From Clostridia bacterium (GTDB taxonomy: Bacteria; Bacillota; Clostridia; Oscillospirales; CAG-272), in the NCBI GenBank assembly GCA_017463865.1, contig JAFTOI010000003.1, forward strand, positions 5,219-69,218: 64,000 bases of DNA, in the 5' to 3' direction. Below the pieces are notes generated by a model. The model was not told the origin of the DNA, did not search any database, and was given only the letters and a program-made list of their open reading frames with translations. The position numbers and the translations under genes were made by a program. Positions 57,217-64,000 of this stretch are shown here, piece by piece. Numbering within the stretch: the stretch's first letter is position 1; each line of letters starts with the position of its first letter.

Positions 57217-58464
57217 TCAGATATGCCCGATATCCTCAGTCTCGATCTTCGTCTTATCGGCCGGGATGAGCGCATCATCGAAGTGGATCATCACATTCTC
57301 GCCCGCCAGCCGCGCCTGCAGCGTCGGCACGTCGATCGCTGTGATCGCGCAGCCGGCGTCAATGGCCTGCGCGCAGGCCGCGCCGGCCGCCTGGCCGGTC
57401 AGAATGGCCGGCGGAATGACGCGCAGAACGTCCCACGCATAGCCCTCGCCCGCCGCGCAGCGGCCGACGGCGATGACGTTGTCATAGCCGTCCCGCACCA
57501 GCGTGCCGTAGGGCACCTCGTAGAGGAAATCACGGCGGTCAAAGTCGCAGATAGCTGCGATCGAGTCGTCGAAGTGGCGGTAGGCATCCTCAACCTGCAG
57601 GGTGTAGTTGCCGTCGATACGCCGCGTCGTGCGGAACTGCGGCATGATGGGCAGCAGCGTGATGTCGCGGCTCTTGCGGTCCTCATCCTTGATCTTCTCT
57701 AACAGCTCGATCTGGTTCTGGCAGAGGTAGGCGGTGACATCGTCGCCGTTCGTGCCGTCCCAGAGGCGCATGCCCTCGGGATGGTTGCCGCCGTAGAGGT
57801 TTGCGTGACCGCCGCTCCGGGTGGCGCGCAGCTTGCCAATATCCTCCGCCTCTACCGCCTTCCGGCAGGACTCGAGGGTCGCCGCGAAGGCGATATAGGT
57901 GTGAAAATTGCCCCGCGTAACGGTCGGCACGCCGGCCTGATACAGCACATCAGCGTCGCCGGTGGCGTCAACAAACATGTCGGCGGTGTAAAGCGAATAC
58001 CCCGACTTGTTGAAAACGACCAGCCCGTCGATATGCCCGCCTGTGGTACGCGCCTCGGTGACAATGGTATCGAAGCAGATGTCGACGCCCGCCTCAGTCA
58101 GCGTTTTGCAGAGCACCAGCGAGAAAATGGGCGCCGAATAGCGACAGGTCAGGCGGCGGTCGGTCTTGCCCTGCCCCGGCTCGCCATTCTGCCAAACGGC
58201 GGGTATGGTGTCAAAGCCGTACTCGACCGACAGCCGCAGGAACTCGTCGGCCATGCCCTTGATGATCTGCACGCCCCGCCCATTGCACAGGGGAACAAAG
58301 AGGTTGATCAAGCCAATGGTGCCAAGCCCGCCCAACTGCGTGGTCTTCTCGATCAGCGCGACCTTCTTGCCGCTGCGCGCGGCCTCCAGCGCGGCGGCGC
58401 AGCCGGCGACACCGCCGCCGGCGACGAGGATATCATAATGACGTTCGTGAACGAATTGCATCAA
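57217..58464 (-). CDS. FAD-dependent oxidoreductase
   Basis: N-terminal dinucleotide fold YDILVAGGGVAGCAAALEAARSGKKVALIEK. 415 aa. Confidence 0.8.
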   Translation of the reverse strand: MMQFVHERHYDILVAGGGVAGCAAALEAARSGKKVALIEKTTQLGGLGTIGLINLFVPLCNGRGVQIIKGMADEFLRLSVEYGFDTIPAVWQNGEPGQGKTDRRLTCRYSAPIFSLVLCKTLTEAGVDICFDTIVTEARTTGGHIDGLVVFNKSGYSLYTADMFVDATGDADVLYQAGVPTVTRGNFHTYIAFAATLESCRKAVEAEDIGKLRATRSGGHANLYGGNHPEGMRLWDGTNGDDVTAYLCQNQIELLEKIKDEDRKSRDITLLPIMPQFRTTRRIDGNYTLQVEDAYRHFDDSIAAICDFDRRDFLYEVPYGTLVRDGYDNVIAVGRCAAGEGYAWDVLRVIPPAILTGQAAGAACAQAIDAGCAITAIDVPTLQARLAGENVMIHFDDALIPADKTKIETEDIGHI

Positions 58465-58547
58465 ACATGTCTCCTTTTCTGTCGATATCAGATCATCAAG
58501 TCAAATCAGCGCAACTTTGTATGACATTGCGTCTGCGATGTTATGGT

Positions 58548-58576
58548 TATTATATCAGGCATATTCCGCATTGTCA
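58548..58576 (-). promoter_or_regulatory. Perfect consensus sigma-A promoter TTGACA-17-TATAAT (FAD oxidoreductase)
   Basis: Minus strand: -35 at 58571..58576, -10 at 58548..58553. Confidence 0.85.
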
Positions 58577-58643
58577 AGGGAACAACCAATATTTTGTCTG
58601 GCGTTATTTCACATATTCGCTGCCTTTATGCAAGGCAGTCAAG

Positions 58644-59543
58644 TCAATTCTGCAAGACGCTGAACACATACAATGGATGGCCGTCGACGATCGTATAGAC
58701 CTTGCACACGCACATCACCGAGCTTGCCCGTGAAATGCTGAACAACAGCTCAGCGCTCCCGTCTCCGTCCGCGTCGCCGAATTGAACCGTGGGCGTGTAC
58801 CGCAGATCGCGCAGATCAAGCTCACCCTGCATCGTGGTGAACACGGGGCAGGTGATCCACGCGCCGTTCTCGTCGGTCTGGATCACGGAGAAACCATGAT
58901 CGAATTGAATCTCCGTCCCGGCCATCGGCGGCGCATAAGAAGATGACACCCCCTCCGACCCCAGCGCCGCCGTGTGGATCGGACAGATCATTTCGTGCAG
59001 AAGAATAGGCGGCTCCTCACCCCGAAGCAGGACAGAGATGGAGTAGATGCAGGTCTGCGCGGCAGCAGGGCAAACGGGCGCCGGATAGTCGCCGTCGGCC
59101 GTGTAGATGACAGCACTGCCGCTCTCCACGGCATTGCTCGCGGTCACGATCACCGTTTCCTGCCCTTCCCACGCATATGCCCATGCCTCCCGGATCACCA
59201 CAGGCACATCGGAGAAGCCAGCCTCGGCCAAGCGGGCGCGGATCGCTTCGCTCCACGCGGCCTGCCCCGGCTGAGCCTCGGGGGTATATGCGGTATAGGC
59301 CGCCGCCTCGGTTTCGATGGCTTCGAATTCGGCAAAGGTGAGCTGAACGTCCGTCACGGCGTCAGCTGTGTCAACCACAGGTTCTGCCTGCGCGGGCTTG
59401 ACGGCAGGCTCGACTGCTCCGATCGCAATGGGAGGCGGCTCTGGCTGGTGTTGACAGCCAACAACAGTTAGGCAAGCAGGAATGAGCAGGCATACAGCCA
59501 GCACGGCGGGCCTGCGATGTACATACTTGGGATATTGCATCAT
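58644..59543 (-). CDS. Lipoprotein, unknown function (one FG-GAP/VCBS-like DADGDGSAELL motif)
   Basis: Lipobox LTVVGC. Pro/Ala-rich linker. 299 aa. Confidence 0.6.
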   Translation of the reverse strand: MMQYPKYVHRRPAVLAVCLLIPACLTVVGCQHQPEPPPIAIGAVEPAVKPAQAEPVVDTADAVTDVQLTFAEFEAIETEAAAYTAYTPEAQPGQAAWSEAIRARLAEAGFSDVPVVIREAWAYAWEGQETVIVTASNAVESGSAVIYTADGDYPAPVCPAAAQTCIYSISVLLRGEEPPILLHEMICPIHTAALGSEGVSSSYAPPMAGTEIQFDHGFSVIQTDENGAWITCPVFTTMQGELDLRDLRYTPTVQFGDADGDGSAELLFSISRASSVMCVCKVYTIVDGHPLYVFSVLQN

Positions 59544-59628
59544 GGGTTCCTTCTTTAATTTATCTTTAATCTTTAATGAAAAGAAATTGAAGCGGTTGTC
59601 AAGCTATTTCGGCGCACGGGAGCTGTTA

Positions 59629-61062
59629 TCAGCCTGCCCCATACAGGAACAGGATCCGTTCCATCTCCATTTGTCCATTCCGGTACGCATACTCGATCAG
59701 GATCTCGCCGCAGGTCTCCCGCCCCCCGGACTGACAGAGCGACCGGCAGACCAGGCGGTCATTTTCGATGGTATAATAAAAATAATGATCATAGGACAGC
59801 GTGTCAGCGGTTTTTGGGAAGGTATACGTCGTCCGCCCTGCGGTGAGGCGCCAGACCGACGCATCGCTGGCCAGCCGCACCTGCTCCGCCAGGATCTGCT
59901 CAGCGGGGACATAGGGGATCTCCTGCAGGGTAACGCCGTCAAAGAGGCAGGGCATTTCGGTATAGACAACGATATCCGCGCTGTCGTCCGGGTTCAGACA
60001 AACCGCAGCCATGCCGGGGACAGACAGTGTCGATTCGCCGGTGAAGGTGACGGTCTGATCCCCGGCGGCGAGGGTGAATGTACCGGCCTGCTCCCCGGGG
60101 GTGATGCTGACCGGTGAGGCTTCGGTGCCGCTGTCGGCGGACGGGAGCATCTGCATCGGATCGCGGCACTCTACCGTTTCGATAGTGCCGTCCTCCAGTC
60201 TGATCACATGGGTGCGGTCATGCAGGCTGAAGCGGAAATGCCCAGTCTGCGTCTCGCCCTCCAGCACATTTTCCTCCGCCCAGCGCAGGCAGCCCTTCAG
60301 GTATTCTTCGCTCGTCTGGGCAAACCAGCGCACATAGGGCAAAAGCGTGTTTGCATGTCCGTAATACATCGCGCTGGAAAAATCCATGACATAAAACTGC
60401 CCATGGCCGATCTGCACTGTTACCCTGTCCGCCCCGTTCCATGTGAACGTCAGCTGATCTTGCAGACCAGCTCCCACCTCCAGATACATGCTATATCCGG
60501 TGGACAGATCGATGCCCTTCACCAGCCGTTCGGGATAATCACGCACATAAATGCAGATATCACCAAACCGAACATAGGGCTCGGCGATGCCGTCGGAGAC
60601 AGGGATGAAATAGGCAAGATTCGGGTGCCACCCGATGCCCGCCACCTCCTCCGGTGAGCGAACCTCGGTGCTCCACGGCTCAAAACCCACATAGAGGAAA
60701 TAGTCCCCCACCCGGTATTTCAGCTGGATCGGCCATTGGGTACGGGTATCGTTGGAAAGGATCTCGGCATTTTCCAGCGTCAGTGGCTCGGTCAGCGCAA
60801 GTCCCTCCGGCAATGGTTCATAGTGGATCGGGTAGTACGGAGTGTCGGGCTGGCCGTTGTAATAGGCGCACAGCTCGTCCAGCTTGGTCTGCACATAGGC
60901 CAGATCCGACGCAAGAAACATTTCCCGTGCGTCCAGTTCGCCGCGGCAGTAGGCAATGTGGATCTCCTCGCCGGTCATGTGGGCAAAGGGAGGAACTGGG
61001 GTATCGACGGGGGGGCTCAGTAGGCTGAGCAGGAGAATGGCAGCAATCAAAGCAGGCTTCAT
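59629..61062 (-). CDS. Secreted protein, unknown function
   Basis: 477 aa with an N-terminal hydrophobic signal (MKPALIAAILLLSLLSPP). The start overlaps the radical-SAM gene stop by 4 bp. Confidence 0.6.
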   Translation of the reverse strand: MKPALIAAILLLSLLSPPVDTPVPPFAHMTGEEIHIAYCRGELDAREMFLASDLAYVQTKLDELCAYYNGQPDTPYYPIHYEPLPEGLALTEPLTLENAEILSNDTRTQWPIQLKYRVGDYFLYVGFEPWSTEVRSPEEVAGIGWHPNLAYFIPVSDGIAEPYVRFGDICIYVRDYPERLVKGIDLSTGYSMYLEVGAGLQDQLTFTWNGADRVTVQIGHGQFYVMDFSSAMYYGHANTLLPYVRWFAQTSEEYLKGCLRWAEENVLEGETQTGHFRFSLHDRTHVIRLEDGTIETVECRDPMQMLPSADSGTEASPVSITPGEQAGTFTLAAGDQTVTFTGESTLSVPGMAAVCLNPDDSADIVVYTEMPCLFDGVTLQEIPYVPAEQILAEQVRLASDASVWRLTAGRTTYTFPKTADTLSYDHYFYYTIENDRLVCRSLCQSGGRETCGEILIEYAYRNGQMEMERILFLYGAG

Positions 61063-61703
61063 GGCAGCTCCTTTCCGGTTGATTTGCTCGGCAGGCGGTA
61101 GGTGAAGCGGTCGAGCTGGGTCACGCCCATGGCACGCAGGCAGTCGGCTGCCGCGTCTGCGGCGGCATCATCGGCGTAGCCGGGAATGGTGGGCACGCGG
61201 GCGATGATGCGCGCAGGACCGACGCGGTCGAGCAGCCAGCCGAGGTTGTCCCGGACACGCTCGCTCCCCTGCCCCGTGTAGGCGCGGTAGGCCGCGTCGT
61301 CGCCGGCTTTGATGTCGACGATGAAGATGTCGACCGCCTCGGCGGCCAGCTCGACCGCAGAGCGGTCGACGGCGAGGCTGGTCTCGAGATTGATCGTCCA
61401 GTCGGGGCCGCAGACGGCGCGGAAAGCGGGGAGAAAATCGGCGTAGAGCAGCGGTTCGCCGCCCCCGAAGGTGACGCCGCCTCCCGTCGCGCGGAAGTAG
61501 AGGTCGTCGATCTTGAGGATACGATACAGCCCCTCGGGCGTATAGTCGCGGGTGGGCGTCCCTGCCGCCCACGACTGCGGATTGAGGCAATACCGGCAGC
61601 GCAGGGGGCAGCCGTAGCCGCAGACCAGCGTGGTCACACCGACGCCGTCGCTGGCCATGCGCAGCCGTGAGATGCCGAACGCGCGGAAAATGGGCGCGCT
61701 CAC
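61059..61703 (-). CDS. Small radical-SAM enzyme, glycyl-radical-activase/NrdG-like
   Basis: 214 aa. DGVGVTTLVCGYGCPLRCRYCLNPQSW carries the CxxxCxxC cluster motif in the activase-type context. GGGEPLL SAM-binding motif. Confidence 0.75.
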   Translation of the reverse strand: MSAPIFRAFGISRLRMASDGVGVTTLVCGYGCPLRCRYCLNPQSWAAGTPTRDYTPEGLYRILKIDDLYFRATGGGVTFGGGEPLLYADFLPAFRAVCGPDWTINLETSLAVDRSAVELAAEAVDIFIVDIKAGDDAAYRAYTGQGSERVRDNLGWLLDRVGPARIIARVPTIPGYADDAAADAAADCLRAMGVTQLDRFTYRLPSKSTGKELP

Positions 61704-62299
61704 GGGTTTTTGCGCGGCTCGGTGACTGCGACAGTCACGGCCTCACGCACCTCATCGGGATCGGGCAGGTCGGGCGTGGGGCCGATGCCGCCGGCGATGG
61801 CCGTTTCGAGGGCTGTGGTTTCGGTTTCGGGTACAGGCAGGGCAATGTCGCCCATCAGTGTCTCGACCGCCGGCTCGCCCTGCAGGGGTTCGGGAATAGG
61901 CAGGACCCCCATTTCTGCGGTCATCGGCGGCTCGGTGGTGGTCTCGGCGGCGATCAGTTCACCGGGGATAGCGGTGGCTGTCTCAGTCTGCTCGGTGCCG
62001 GTCGATTCGGGCATCATGGCGCCCTGCAGCGTTGTGCCACGGCTGAACGGATTATCGCAGGACGACAGATTGGTCGCTAAGAGGCCCATCGACAGCCCCA
62101 TCACCGCGATGCGCTGGCCCAGCGAGCGGCGCTGGGCCAGCTCGCCCTCGAGCCGCTTCAGCTGTGCCTCGCAGTAGGGGCAGGTGCCCCGGCAGTCGCC
62201 CGTGTGGGTGCAGTCGCGCTCGTTGTAGTCAAGCTGGTTGGCCGCGGCGATGTCGCGGCGGATCTGGCGCAGGATATTGCATTTTTGCTTGCCGGTCAT
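61700..62299 (-). CDS. Cys-motif (C-x5-C-x3-C-x2-C) single-pass membrane protein with an acidic Pro/Thr/Glu-rich ectodomain
   Basis: 199 aa. N-terminal KCNILRQIRRDIA...DCTHTGDCRGTCPYCE, a coiled-coil segment, a TM helix (IAVMGLSMGLLATNL), then a low-complexity tail. GGAGG RBS. The stop overlaps the radical-SAM start by 4 bp. Confidence 0.65.
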   Translation of the reverse strand: MTGKQKCNILRQIRRDIAAANQLDYNERDCTHTGDCRGTCPYCEAQLKRLEGELAQRRSLGQRIAVMGLSMGLLATNLSSCDNPFSRGTTLQGAMMPESTGTEQTETATAIPGELIAAETTTEPPMTAEMGVLPIPEPLQGEPAVETLMGDIALPVPETETTALETAIAGGIGPTPDLPDPDEVREAVTVAVTEPRKNP

Positions 62300-62413
62300 G
62301 GTGGTGTACCTCCGTATCGTACTTACCCTTTAGACGGAAAAAACGCCATTTTGTTCCGCCCGCACGCAAATTTTTCTCAAATCTTCCTGCCAACGTACAG
62401 GCAAAAACCCGGA

Positions 62414-64000
62414 TCAGCCGATCTCAACCAGACCTGCGCAAGGCACGTCGAAGAGGTAAGTGCCAGCCTCCAGGGTAAACTGCCGCTCCTCGATCAGCTC
62501 GCCCGTGCAGGCATAGACGCGCAGCGTCTTCTCGCCGCTCGGGGCGGCGGTGCGGAGGTAGAGCCAGCCGTCCGCGGTGGCGTTGAACATGCTCAGCCGC
62601 TCGACGCGCTCGACCGACAGGACGGGCTTGGTGTGCAGGGCGGCGATAAGGTGGCCGTCGCGCTCGGCCTTGACGACGGTATAGAGGGCCTCGGGATTCT
62701 CGGCACTGAAACTGCCGTGGAGCAGGGTGTCGCGGTTGGTGCGCCAGAAGCGCAGGAAGTGGGCGAGAGCCTTCCGGTGCGATTCGGGGATCTCATCGAG
62801 CTTGACCGAGATCTGCGGGACGTAGAAAAGGGTGTCGATCAGCTGCATGGCGACCGACTCGACGGGGTCGTCGTTGTGCCACATCAGCATATCCGAGTGG
62901 GGGGCCGAGCCGCCGAGGGCGAGGCGGAGGTTAGTGCCGCGGGTATGATTGGCGAGGCCGCTGTTCGGGCAGTCGCTGACGCGGATCATGTTGCCGTAGT
63001 GACAGATATTGGGGCCGTAGTAGGACTGACGGAATTCGATCATCATGTCGGGGTTGATGGACAGCAGGGCCTCGGTCACGTCGCGCAGCAGCCAGTCGAC
63101 GCCCTGCTCGAGCGAGCGGGTGTCCCAGCGTTCGTCAAAGGCGGGGGTGTGCGGGCCCAGCTTGAAGGAGTCGATGAAGTCGAGCTTGAAGCCGTCGAGG
63201 CCCCATTCGCGGGCGGCGCGGGTGTAGATGTCGGTCAGGTAGGCGCGCACGGCGGGGAAACGGGGGTCGAGGCAGGCGGCGCCGAGGTGATTGACCGGCC
63301 CGAGGAACATGCGCTCGGCCTCGAAGTGGGAGAATATCTTGCTTTCCTTGCCCACGAAGGGCACTGAGTACCAGAGGACGAACTTCATCCCCTCGGCGTG
63401 GACGCGGTCGACAAATTCGCGCATATCGGCCACCTTTTCGGAGATCGGCTCCCAGTCGCCGCAGGTGATGTAGCCCCGCTTGCCCCAGGCGATCTGCCAG
63501 CCGTCGTCAACAATGATGGTATCCATGCCCATGGCCTTGGCCATGCGGCACTGGGCAACGATGGCATCGACGTCGACGGCCTGATGGAAGGAATACCAGG
63601 TCGAATAGACCGGCCATTCGGCGGCGTCGGGGACGGGCGCGGGGGCGTAGCCCGCGTCGCGCCAGAAGGCGTGGACGCCGCGCATGGCCGCCTCGTAGGG
63701 GATATCGGTGGTGTCGATGCGGACGGAGGCGTGGTAGCGCTCGAGCTCATTGATGGGCTCGGTGAAGAATTTGACGGTGCAGACAAACTCGGCCGTGTGC
63801 TCATCGATGCCGGTGGTGATGGCAGTGGGGGTGGCGGCGTCGGAGAGGGCGACGGTGAGGCGGTTGCGGCCGCCGAGCGAGATGAGCTGCTGGACGGGCG
63901 CGCCCGACGCGAGGCGCGCGTCGGAGACGCGGGGGCTCCAGCTGACGCCGATCTCGCGGTTGTGGGCGTGGCCAGGGCAGTAGACCGAGTAGACATCGGC
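62414..64000 (-). CDS. Glycoside hydrolase, alpha-galactosidase-like (GH36/clan GH-D); 5' end lies beyond the window
   Basis: The ORF track starts at Met 63685, but the frame stays open to position 64000 (I translated 63686..64000 by hand and found no stop). Motifs STWYSF, IIVDDGW, CGDW, GMKFVLW, LDGFKLDF. Confidence 0.7.
   Translation of the reverse strand, partial: ADVYSVYCPGHAHNREIGVSWSPRVSDARLASGAPVQQLISLGGRNRLTVALSDAATPTAITTGIDEHTAEFVCTVKFFTEPINELERYHASVRIDTTDIPYEAAMRGVHAFWRDAGYAPAPVPDAAEWPVYSTWYSFHQAVDVDAIVAQCRMAKAMGMDTIIVDDGWQIAWGKRGYITCGDWEPISEKVADMREFVDRVHAEGMKFVLWYSVPFVGKESKIFSHFEAERMFLGPVNHLGAACLDPRFPAVRAYLTDIYTRAAREWGLDGFKLDFIDSFKLGPHTPAFDERWDTRSLEQGVDWLLRDVTEALLSINPDMMIEFRQSYYGPNICHYGNMIRVSDCPNSGLANHTRGTNLRLALGGSAPHSDMLMWHNDDPVESVAMQLIDTLFYVPQISVKLDEIPESHRKALAHFLRFWRTNRDTLLHGSFSAENPEALYTVVKAERDGHLIAALHTKPVLSVERVERLSMFNATADGWLYLRTAAPSGEKTLRVYACTGELIEERQFTLEAGTYLFDVPCAGLVEIG

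Noticed and set aside
59552-59577. Three direct copies of TCTTTAAT (ATTAAAGA on the minus strand) just upstream of the SD of the 299-aa lipoprotein gene.
   Set aside because: Short AT-rich repeats in a leader, with irregular spacing (11 and 8 nt) and no symmetry. Insufficient evidence for a binding site.

Overview
64-kb chromosomal segment from a high-GC Gram-positive anaerobe. Gene content suggests Clostridia/Oscillospirales-like: GGAGG Shine-Dalgarno sites, an SLH-domain S-layer-type protein, a LysM/DUF3794 sporulation-type protein, split transketolase, GTP-dependent PEPCK and a type-A-like RNase P RNA. The taxon is inference only. I support about 45 protein genes, one ncRNA (rnpB), 12 sigma-A-type promoters that all have exactly 17-nt spacers (plus an extended -10 element and 2 ECF-type candidates), and many rho-independent terminators. 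I saw no rRNA, tRNA, CRISPR array, transposase, integrase or phage gene. Housekeeping genes: alaS, glcK, pckG, tktAB, a phosphoglucomutase-family gene, an RlmI-like methyltransferase, a type IIA topoisomerase B subunit, rnpB and a heterodimeric ABC exporter. Accessory content worth a second look: (1) a 12-kb, seven-gene glycan-uptake operon (14.2-26.3 kb) with a 989-aa CBM-fused binding protein, two full permease pairs, a 1018-aa secreted protein, an NHL-TPR-Yip1 membrane protein and no ATPase, driven from a consensus promoter through a ~470-nt leader; (2) a translationally coupled cluster of a Cys-motif membrane protein, a small radical-SAM activase-like enzyme and secreted proteins (58.6-62.3 kb) with no glycyl-radical enzyme nearby; (3) a dispersed two-hairpin repeat whose stems differ by compensatory substitutions while the 23-nt loop is conserved; (4) an anti-sigma gene whose 3' two-thirds has foreign-looking composition; (5) an ECF sigma fused in frame to a 255-aa domain, with a retained SD+ATG at the junction; (6) three lipoproteins sharing one N-terminal module fused to different hydrolase domains. 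All family assignments come from motifs read by eye. No database search was possible.
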